64,000 bases of DNA from Diplonema japonicum (Eukaryota > Protista > Euglenozoa: Diplonemea), in assembly GCA_964019335.1 (NCBI GenBank), contig OZ025694.1, positions 310,001-374,000 on the forward strand, written 5' to 3'. The notes below the pieces were generated by a model that made no database searches, was not told the origin of the DNA, and saw only the letters and a program-made list of their open reading frames with translations. Shown here in pieces: positions 55,302 to 64,000 of the stretch; positions within the stretch are counted from its first letter, which is position 1; every line of letters starts with the position of its first letter. The translations under genes and the position numbers were made by a program.

Positions 55302-58211
55302 ATGCGGGCCGCGACCCTCGCAGTCCTTACATGGTGCCTCCACATCACCACGTCTGAGACCATGACGATCAGAACCATCACGGCAATAGAAGGATCGCCC
55401 TTGGAAGGCGTTGTAAGCGACGAGTGCGACGCCAACCCCTCAGCATGCCGAAGCGGCTATTTAGGAATCTACGCATGGATGCAACACCTCCAAAGCTTCC
55501 CTAATATACACGTTGTAAAGATAATGGCTGTTGATGAACTCTCAAGCCTTGTGACGTACTACCCCGAGAGATGGATCGTCAATTGCAAATGCTGGGAACG
55601 AATTGGGATCGACTTCGGGGTGACCACTACTTCAGGTTTGGTGACATCGAGGTATCGTGATGATGTGGTGGATTTTCTGAAGTTCTCGAATAGCAGGAGC
55701 GTTCCGGTTGTGTCTTCTAACCTAGACGAAAACTCGTTTTTCTACATGTCGGGGTACACGGAAAGGTTTTACACCAAGAAGGTCGGAAACACAACGGTGG
55801 GATACATCGTGTTGTTCGGCGACAAGCACTACATACCGACGCTGAAGTACCCAGTGGTGATGCCAACGCTTGTTCAAAGACTTCGAGATGACGAACACGC
55901 AGATTTAATCATCGCCCTATGTGTAGGATACGATGTCCTGTACGCAGACGCTGCATCTCTCAGCGAGTACGCTATCGACGTTGTTCTTCTCCCTGCATTG
56001 AACCCGCGCGTCAACCAGATATCCATAGAGACACCTACGGGAAAAACAGTCCTTCTCCCACGGCTCTACGACAGCGACATTCACAGAACTAACTATCTAC
56101 AGTACATAGACGCCGTGAAGAACACCGATGGGACATGGGGTTTTGATGTCTTCCCTGTTCGTATGGATGATAAGGGTATGCCTATCCTGCAAGATGAATA
56201 CGAAGACGAGCACGCTTGGTTTCAAGGTATTCGAAATGAATCGCGGCTCAGCAACAAAGTTCTGACCTACGCGGAGCAAGGTGTGTACGCACCAAGAGGC
56301 CGATGCTTCGCCGAAGAATGCACGCTGGGCAACCTCATCACCGACGTTGCAAAGGAACGTTTTGAAAGCGGTGTCGACGTTGCGTTGATCAACGGTGGGG
56401 CGTTTCTATCGGAGCTCGGCTGGACAGAGGCACAGACGGTTCGCAGGGACGACTTGGAAAAGGTCTTTCCTTATGCAAACTTGCTGTGCGAATTCTACAC
56501 AACCGGAACCGGGCTCTTCAACATGATTGAACACGGGCTGGCGATTCCGTACATCCCGGGCAACGGTGTGGCACGCGGACCGTTTCTACAGGTCAGCGGC
56601 GCGGAGATTCAGTACAATACAAACCTTTCCGTGGGCCACCGTGTGATATCGATCACCATTAACGGAAAGCCCATCACGCGGCAGAAGCGGTACAGGGTCG
56701 GGTCAATCCAGTTCATATGCGAAGGCGGCGACGATTACAACAAGGTAGAGGGTTTCACGATGGAAAACATCACATACCTGGCGCAGGATGTAACAAGCGC
56801 GGTCGCAGATTATCTGATCAGCCACAACCCGTACAATGCGGGCACGCTGAGTCAAGTCCCAGTGACCCGGTTGAAACCCACATCGTCAACCACCTCTTTG
56901 AACCTTGTTTCCCTCATCGCGTCAAACTGCACACAGAACCAACGGTACGTTTCAGCATGGAAGGACTGCGAAGAATGCCCTGCAGGAACATGGCACCCCG
57001 AACCCGGTGAAGACCAATGCATAGAACACACTTCAGCAAGCACCATTCAACTTGGAATCGTGTTGGGCGTGACATTATCAAGCTTAGTGTTGATCGGCGC
57101 GGCGGGGTATTCCATGCTTACCAAGAAGCAACGGCACATCAACAAGCTGTACAACGCGAACAAAGTAGCCGAGGATTGCACGACGGCAATCGCCTCGCTT
57201 CGTCTGGAGGAGCTGGACTACCTGAACAAGATCGAGCACCCGAACGTTCTGCAGCAGTCTTTCCTGGACATAGTGGAGATGTTGAAGGAGTACAGAAATT
57301 ACATGCCGCTTTCGCTTGTAAACAGGCAGATCGACTGCGATAAAGTAAGCCTTGTAGTGGAACCACCACCGACCCCATTGTCAGAAGATTCCGACACTAC
57401 TTGTGACGTAAAGCTAATGGGACCGTTTTCAAACCTACAGCAAGGCTTGCGGAAGAAGCCGGTCACGGTCTTGGTGGTCAACGTTATCGGGTTCAGACAC
57501 GTCATGCAGTCGCCTGAGAAATTACTCGCGACGCACGCTGAGTACATTAAATTCGTTTTGGAAACCATTACAGGGCGTGGTGTTGCTGAACCCTTCAGCG
57601 GGGACAGGCTGATGATCTCGTGGAACACATCAGTAATCAATCCTATGCACAAGGACGCTGCTTGTGAAACGGGAATCGCTTTGCAGACTACGAGCTCCGA
57701 CATCGATTTAAGCGTGGGGATCTCTAGTAGTTCCGCATTGTGTGGAAATATGGGGACAGATGGGATGAAACGGTTCAGCGTGTTGGGAATTTGTCACGCT
57801 TGCAGCCATATTCTTGTCATGCTCAACAAGACATACACTACGAGGCTTCTTGTCGACAGCAGGGTGGAGTTGGGTCTCGGTCATAAGTTTTTCTTTAGAA
57901 TGCAGGACCGATTGTGGTATGAAAAATATGAGCTGACTATTGAGGTTTGGGAGCTTCTCGGGCATAAGAAGACTGACACTAGCGAATGGATGTACCAGGT
58001 GGCGCAGGGCGACCAGCTTGACCCGAACACTCCGTTTAATCAGGCTTGGAAGCATTTTCTCATTGGTGCGTTGAATCTCGCGAAGGTCAAGCTTTCGCAG
58101 TGTAAAGATCGGGAATCACCCAGTTACCACCGGTTGGCAGACCTTGTGCACGATGGTGTTCAGGGGAATAAATATTATGGGAACGACCCTTCTTTGCTGG
58201 CTAGCTTTTGA
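55302..58211 (+). CDS. Receptor with 5'-nucleotidase-like ectodomain, Cys-rich linker, TM helix and degenerate class III cyclase
   Basis: Signal peptide; 5'-nucleotidase C-domain motifs ECTLGNLITD, DVALINGG, FPYAN, FLQVSG, EGGDDY; CEECPAGTW; TM; LKEYRNYMP; VNVIGF, FSGDR, GNMG, EWMYQV. Confidence 0.85.
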   Translation: MRAATLAVLTWCLHITTSETMTIRTITAIEGSPLEGVVSDECDANPSACRSGYLGIYAWMQHLQSFPNIHVVKIMAVDELSSLVTYYPERWIVNCKCWERIGIDFGVTTTSGLVTSRYRDDVVDFLKFSNSRSVPVVSSNLDENSFFYMSGYTERFYTKKVGNTTVGYIVLFGDKHYIPTLKYPVVMPTLVQRLRDDEHADLIIALCVGYDVLYADAASLSEYAIDVVLLPALNPRVNQISIETPTGKTVLLPRLYDSDIHRTNYLQYIDAVKNTDGTWGFDVFPVRMDDKGMPILQDEYEDEHAWFQGIRNESRLSNKVLTYAEQGVYAPRGRCFAEECTLGNLITDVAKERFESGVDVALINGGAFLSELGWTEAQTVRRDDLEKVFPYANLLCEFYTTGTGLFNMIEHGLAIPYIPGNGVARGPFLQVSGAEIQYNTNLSVGHRVISITINGKPITRQKRYRVGSIQFICEGGDDYNKVEGFTMENITYLAQDVTSAVADYLISHNPYNAGTLSQVPVTRLKPTSSTTSLNLVSLIASNCTQNQRYVSAWKDCEECPAGTWHPEPGEDQCIEHTSASTIQLGIVLGVTLSSLVLIGAAGYSMLTKKQRHINKLYNANKVAEDCTTAIASLRLEELDYLNKIEHPNVLQQSFLDIVEMLKEYRNYMPLSLVNRQIDCDKVSLVVEPPPTPLSEDSDTTCDVKLMGPFSNLQQGLRKKPVTVLVVNVIGFRHVMQSPEKLLATHAEYIKFVLETITGRGVAEPFSGDRLMISWNTSVINPMHKDAACETGIALQTTSSDIDLSVGISSSSALCGNMGTDGMKRFSVLGICHACSHILVMLNKTYTTRLLVDSRVELGLGHKFFFRMQDRLWYEKYELTIEVWELLGHKKTDTSEWMYQVAQGDQLDPNTPFNQAWKHFLIGALNLAKVKLSQCKDRESPSYHRLADLVHDGVQGNKYYGNDPSLLASF

Positions 58212-58264
58212 AAAAAAAAAAAAAAAAAAAAAAAAGAAGGAGGGGGTGAAGAAAAAAAAAAGGA

Positions 58265-58296
<32 letters not shown>

Positions 58297-59526
58297 CCCG
58301 ACTAGCTTTTCCCCCTAGCCTGATTGTGCCCTAGGTTCGTTGATTTTTTTTTTATTATTTCCTCAATTTCTTTGTGATTGTCTCTTTTTTTTTGTTTTTT
58401 GTTTTGTTATAGTGTGGTGTGGCAAGACCGGCGATGGCTGCTCGAAGGGCTTCACGAAGGGTTGAGAATTAAGCCAAGAAACTGAGATAAGCACCGTAGG
58501 AAATTCCAGAAGGTTGCAGAATGTCCAGTTTTCTTTCTTTTTTTTTTATTTTTTTTTTTTATGAATTTTGCGTTATGTGTTACAAAGTAATCTCTTTCTT
58601 TATTAGGTAAACGATTCGTAACCGTCGCTCACAAACAAAGAATAACCTCTCCTATTCATTTTTTTTTTTTAAGGTGGTGGGGATAACATGGAAATATAAA
58701 GAAGTACATCAGATGTGTTGTTCGCTGTTGACCTCCTCGTCGGTCGGGGTACCCACCCGGGTCGCCCCCGGCTAGGGTTGAGTTGTACACCGCGCATTAA
58801 GGACACGACGTGGAACGCAGAAGAAGCACCCCCTGTAGTCAAGTAGACAGTTCGTGCTTCGTTGCCCACTTAACACCACTTAGGTTGCAATCAAAGCCCC
58901 ATTTTCTTTTCTTTTTTTTGTTTTTTTTATGTTTCTAATATTCCCTGCACACCTTAATCGAATTTATTGAGTTCCCGATAAGGAATGGCAACGTTTTTTT
59001 TTTTTCCTGGGAATTTGAAATTTTTTTGTTTTGATTATTTGTGCAAAAAAAAGGGGGGGGAGGGGGGGGCGTATGCAACTTGTTTGGGGCTCCGGGAGGC
59101 GAAAAAACAGGGGTCTGAGAAAGTGAAATTTTAAAAACGAAAAATTAAATTACAGCACTTTAGGGTTATCTCTGAAGCACAACCCAGGGTCGGGTTACTG
59201 TCAAGGTACTTAACGAACAGAATACTGGCACCGCCCAGAAGAAACTGACCCAGTTTTTTTTTTGACTCCAAAACAGGGGGTTTCTTTCAGCACTAGGTCT
59301 ATTCTATTATTTCTCTATTTTTTTTTTTTTTTTTGGGAGGAGGACAGCGCTCTTTACGTTTTTCCCCCCCTCTCCCTTTTTACAGTAAAAGTTTCATTTT
59401 CCTAAAAAAAACTAGTTTGGCGCTCCATTTGTTTGTGCGCACGAGCGAGAAATAAAAAAAAAACGTTTGTCTGTCTCTGTTGCGTGCGCAGAATCTGTCT
59501 TTTTTTTTTTCTTTCTTCTTTTTTTG

Positions 59527-60111
59527 GAGAACTGCCGTGGGAACGGAAGATGGTGGGGGTGAAGCACTTGACACCGACGTTGGAGCAGCTCGGGACGACA
59601 AGAGGGATACTATGCGTACTGCGGATGTACGCGGTGTCGCTGTTGAAATGGATGTCGGAGCTAAGGTTGGTTGAAGAAGGCCGACGTCGGAGGTGAACTC
59701 CACCGTCGAGGTGGAGTTAGCCCTAGACTTTGAAGCGACGACACGAAGATCGCTGGGAGTGACGCAGGAGGTAAAGGCACGAAGGATCCAGAAACTGATC
59801 CAGAAGGTGAACGACAGGTGCGCATTACAAGGAAGGAAAAAGCCATTCCCGACGAAGAGCAAAACGGCGGCAATAGGCTTTGCAAGGAGACCGATCTTCG
59901 CCTCAGGAGAAACCCAGGACAGGCTAAAAGAGCTGAAGACCAACCTGAAGAGGGACCGCATCAACCGTCTACGGAAGACTCTGGTAGCCGCCATCAGAAC
60001 GAAAGCGAGGCTTCAAAAAAGGAAGCATCAAGAGATAGGCCCCCCCCCCCCCCCCCCCCCCAAGGGTGGTCCTCAAGTGGGATTTGCCCTTGAACATCGC
60101 CTTTTTTTTTT
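59527..60111 (+). mobile_element. LINE relic E, 3' end of the same subfamily as relic B
   Basis: VELALDFEATTRRSLGVTQE...; 33-nt deletion relative to relic B. Confidence 0.85.
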
Positions 60112-60121
60112 TTTTTTTTTT

Positions 60122-60345
60122 TGTATTTAACAAAAAATACTGCTCAGTTTTCTTGTAAGAGCAAAAAATAAAAAGTAGGTGGTAGCAGTATATATCCCCA
60201 GTGATTTATTCCGTGTGCACACAAACAAATGCTAAAAACTGAGTCTTTGACTTGTCTAAACAAAAGGGGAACGTTGGCAACGTGTTTCGGGTTGACAAAC
60301 TTCTCCAGGTTTTACCCGGGCACGTACAAACAACGGCTAGTTCCG
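60122..60345 (+). repeat. Interspersed repeat family
   Basis: 60243-60344 matches 45237-45336; the 5' part matches 62237-62335 and about 47415-47465 (minus). Confidence 0.7.
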
Positions 60346-62525
60346 TAGTCTCAGTCGATATAACCAGAACCAGAGTGCTGAGAGCGCAAACTCTCGGATA
60401 AACCGAATGGCCATTTCTTTTTTTTTTTTTTTTTTTTTGCAATTTAAGGAACTGACAAGGAGCTCTTTGAGTCTTCTTCGTTCGTACTCTTTTTCTTTTA
60501 GTGTTCTTTCTTTCGCTCGGTTTTCTACCTATATTTGTTAAGACCACAGCCCCACACAAGCAGCATTGCTTTTGTGTCGTTGCAGTTTTACCCCCCCCCC
60601 CCCTCCCCCCCCCGGATGTGGGACTTTGTTTTTTTTAGCATTTCAAAACCAAACAAGTGAAAGAGGGGGGCACCAAAACCTTTTTAGCAAAAAAAAAAAA
60701 AGAAAAAAAAAAACTTCTAATGATCAGAAATTGGCCAATGTCGATTTCAATTTCACTTCCAGCCCTTGCAGCAGGACGCACACCCGGAATTCTCTCCGAG
60801 TTCCCACGAAAACTAAAGTCTTTAGACTTCACACATTAGAAGCCCGGGGCGTTACTTTTGGTTTTTTTTTTTTTTTTTTTTTTTTGAGTAAGATAGAAAG
60901 AAAAAAAAAAAAGAAAAACCCGCAGAAGTAAATTCTTACTCAGAACAACAAGAGTACAAGTCGCAAGAAGAACTATACTTCTAGCACGATAGATGCTTTC
61001 ACTATTTCGCCAGAAAAAGAAAAGTGAGCTTCATTTCCCCCCCTTTTTTTTCAATTGTCTTTTTTTTTCTTTTTAAACTCGTAGGTTACCTTTTCTGGCA
61101 AAAAAAAAGTCTATGTTTTCAGGTTCAGTTATTTTATTTTTCTCTTGAGTTTCTTTTTGATATCCCCCCTCCCCCCCCACCCTCATGTATTAAAGGTAAA
61201 AGAATTCTTCCAAAGATTCTTGCTGTTTTGGGTAATCGACACCTACCGGGCAATCCGTCATCATTTATTGCTATTTTCCTCTTTTTTTTTGTTCCCCCCC
61301 CTTAATACAGCTTTGCGAAAAGAAAACCAGCTGGAATAAATTCTGGGCACGATAGTAGTATACCTCCTTTCAAAAAAAAAGAGGGGGGGAGGGTTTTTTT
61401 CTCTTTTCTTTTTTAAAAATAGTACAATCTTTCAATTCTTTGCAGAAAACAAAGGGGCCCACGTTTGCGCATTTGTGTTTTTTTTTTTCTTTTTTTTAAT
61501 AATAGCAGGGCGCCGCCAACACCGGCCTCCTTTAACTCATATATATATATATATATTTTTTTTTTTTTTGCGATATAACAAAAACAAGAAAAAAAAAGAA
61601 AGAAAAAAATAAAGAAGAAAATATGGGGTTCGCGCCTTAGATTCTTTTTTATTTAAAGATGCCCCCTCCCCCTTTTTTTGTTTTAACTATACTATTATCG
61701 AGGCTAGTTGATTATTAGGTAAAAGATCCGCTCGTGCGCACAAACAAACTATTTCTTTTTTTTTGAGGAGAGCCCCTAGATGAACAAGTACACAGCCCAG
61801 AAGCCGGGTAGTCGTACCAGAACTACGATGGTTCTGTAAACACGTGCAGCTGGACTTAATGGTAGTGCAGATGCTGCCACAACTAATCAAGTGGTCTTTT
61901 TCTTCTCTTTTTTTTTTCTTTCATCATACATACAGTTATAAGAAAGGAAAGAAAACGCGTTTCCAAGCTTTTTTTTTTATTTATTATTATACTTATTATT
62001 ATATTATTTTGAGAAGAAAAAAAAAAGAAATAAGGAAACGGAAAACGGAAAAACGTTTTCCTTATTTTGATGGGGGGGGCCGTTACCCTAAGAAGGGAAA
62101 ACTGTGGCCGGGTTTTGGGTCAAGGTACATGGTCAAATGGCCTTCGAAAACTGGAAAAAAAAAAGAAAAAAAAAAAAACCACCTTTGCTTTTGATACCCC
62201 CTCGTAGCCATTTTTCTATCCATTTCAGTTATTTTCTTGTATTTAACAAAAGTAAGCGCTTCAGCTTTCTTGTAAGAATAAGAGAAAAGATTAGCATGCA
62301 TATTTACCCCGGGCCTTATACCGTGTTGTACAAATTCTGTGCCAGGAACATTCCCTTGGTGGTTGGGGTGTGTTGAAGGTAGATATTGCTAGAGGTAGGC
62401 CTTGCATCCTGTTACCATAATCATCGCATACAAAATGGTAAAATATATAAAACAAACAAAAAAAAAACGAACTATTTTTAGGTGAAATATACACAAAAGA
62501 AATACATGGTTTCTGGCAAATAAAT

Positions 62526-64000
62526 ATGCTGCCCACTCGTCTAGCTGTCTTGCTCTGGGTGCTGGCTCACGCGGGGGGGCAGGTTATAATAGGGTACAAT
62601 GAGGCACCGATAAGCCTTGATATCTCTTCTACATTTGACAACCAAGGGTGGGCACGGTGCCCAGCTGGGTACGCAATGGTAGCCATTCGTCGGAGCTATT
62701 GCGACAACCTGTATTGTGTTGAAGAATTTAAATGCGCACGGCCACAGGACTCCACAGGGTGGAAGAACTGCAGGAACGTCGATGTATCTTCCTCTTTCGA
62801 TCGCACTGGTTGGGGTGAGTGCCCTGGAGACACCTTCCTCACTGGCTTGTGGCGCACTGGTGGCAGCTGTGATGGCCTTCTTTGCATCGAGACGATGAGC
62901 TGCTGCGAGTTCGACCACCCCAACCCTTCTACTACCTCATGCCATGCGGACGCAGACTGGTACGGCTGCTTCGACAACGCGAACACCTGTTGGGTTCCCA
63001 ATGGCCGCTTCATGAAAGGGCTGTATAGGAACAGCTGCAACTCCCTGATATGCCTCGAGATGGCTAATCATCGATGCTTTCAGATCTACCCCACTCCAGC
63101 ACCCACTCCTGTCCCAACTCCTTTACCTACTCCACTACCCACTCCTTTACCTACTCCTTTACCTACTCCAGTCCCCACTCCACTACCAACTCCAGTACCA
63201 ACACCTATCCCACCTACACCATTCCCTGACACTACAGCACCTGACACCGCGATTCCCACAACTGCTCCGGACACACCAGCACCTGACACTGCAATTCCCA
63301 CAACTGCTCCGGATACACCGGCACCCGACACCGCAATTCCCACAACTGCCCCAGACACACCAGCACCTGACACAGCAATTCCCACAACTGCTCCAGACAC
63401 ACCGGCACCTGACACTGCAATTCCCACTTCTGCCCCAGACACACCAGCACCTGACACCGCGATTCCCACAACTGCCCCGGACACACCGGCACCTGATACC
63501 GCGATTCCCACAACTGCTCCGGACACACCAGCACCTGACACTGCAATTCCCACAACTGCCCCAGACACACCAGCACCTGACACTGCAATTCCTACAACTG
63601 CCCCTGACACACCGGCACCTGACACTGCAATTCCCACAACTGCCCCTGACACACCGGCACCTGATACCGCGATTCCCACAACTGCTCCGGACACACCGGC
63701 ACCTGACACTGCAATTCCCACTACTGCTCCGGACACACCAGCACCTGACACTGCAATTCCCACAACTGCCCCTGACACACCGGCACCTGACACCGCGATT
63801 CCCACAACTGCCCCTGACACACCGGCACCTGATACCGCAATTCCCACAACTGCCCCGGACACACCGGCACCTGACACTGCAATTCCCACAACTGCCCCTG
63901 ACACACCAGCACCTGACACCGCTATTCCCACAACTGCTCCAGACACACCGGCACCTGATACTGCAATTCCCACAACTGCCCCGGACACACCAGCACCTGA
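62526..64000 (+). CDS. Partial gene (runs off window): signal peptide, Cys-rich triple-repeat head and PDTPAPDTAIPTTA mucin stalk; head paralogous to 30743..33439
   Basis: Manual translation from ATG 62526: MLPTRLAVLLWVLAHAGGQ...FDNQGWARCPAGYAMVAIRRSYCDNLYCVEEFKC...WGECPGDTFLTGLWR...FMKGLYRNSCNSLICLE. No stop seen before the window end, which would explain its absence from the ORF track. Confidence 0.9.
   Translation, partial: MLPTRLAVLLWVLAHAGGQVIIGYNEAPISLDISSTFDNQGWARCPAGYAMVAIRRSYCDNLYCVEEFKCARPQDSTGWKNCRNVDVSSSFDRTGWGECPGDTFLTGLWRTGGSCDGLLCIETMSCCEFDHPNPSTTSCHADADWYGCFDNANTCWVPNGRFMKGLYRNSCNSLICLEMANHRCFQIYPTPAPTPVPTPLPTPLPTPLPTPLPTPVPTPLPTPVPTPIPPTPFPDTTAPDTAIPTTAPDTPAPDTAIPTTAPDTPAPDTAIPTTAPDTPAPDTAIPTTAPDTPAPDTAIPTSAPDTPAPDTAIPTTAPDTPAPDTAIPTTAPDTPAPDTAIPTTAPDTPAPDTAIPTTAPDTPAPDTAIPTTAPDTPAPDTAIPTTAPDTPAPDTAIPTTAPDTPAPDTAIPTTAPDTPAPDTAIPTTAPDTPAPDTAIPTTAPDTPAPDTAIPTTAPDTPAPDTAIPTTAPDTPAPDTAIPTTAPDTPAP
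63225..64000 (+). repeat. 42-bp coding minisatellite (PDTPAPDTAIPTTA), preceded by 12-bp PTPL repeats at about 63090-63220
   Basis: gacacacc(a/g)gcacctga(c/t)ac(t/c)gc(a/g)attcccacaactgc units. Confidence 0.95.

Noticed and set aside
4735-62536. Many short poly-Lys/poly-Phe ORFs in spacers, and the N-terminal extensions of ORFs 7026, 14173, 48073 and 51264
   Set aside because: Translations of A/T homopolymer tracts, often from non-ATG starts.
63086-63988. 300-aa minus-strand (SGAVVGIAVSGAGV)n ORF
   Set aside because: Shadow of the real + strand gene starting at 62526.

Overview
Eukaryotic protist DNA, most likely a euglenozoan and probably a diplonemid. This is inferred from almost intron-free genes all on the + strand, long poly-T/poly-A spacers, PDTPA-type mucin repeats and 'FSGDR...EWMYQ' receptor cyclase-like proteins. 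I find 12 protein genes. Four are tandem paralogs of a surface protein (signal peptide, 2 WSC domains, hypervariable mucin stalk, about 5 TM helices); they carry three unrelated stalk repeat types while the membrane module is homogenised as a mosaic. Two are Cys-rich triple-repeat/mucin proteins, one of them absent from the ORF track and running off the window end. The others are an AAAP amino-acid transporter with a predicted poly-A-filled intron, two receptor class III cyclase-like proteins lacking most catalytic residues (one fused to an apparently dead 5'-nucleotidase ectodomain), a ureide-permease-like transporter, an M3 mitochondrial intermediate peptidase and one unknown protein. The spacers are a mosaic of internally deleted LINE relics, an internally deleted piggyBac with TTAA target duplication, a Tc1/mariner-like element, MITEs and short repeats, many sitting in T tracts. 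No rRNA, tRNA, SL RNA or CRISPR array was recognised. All calls come from reading motifs by eye; no database search was run.
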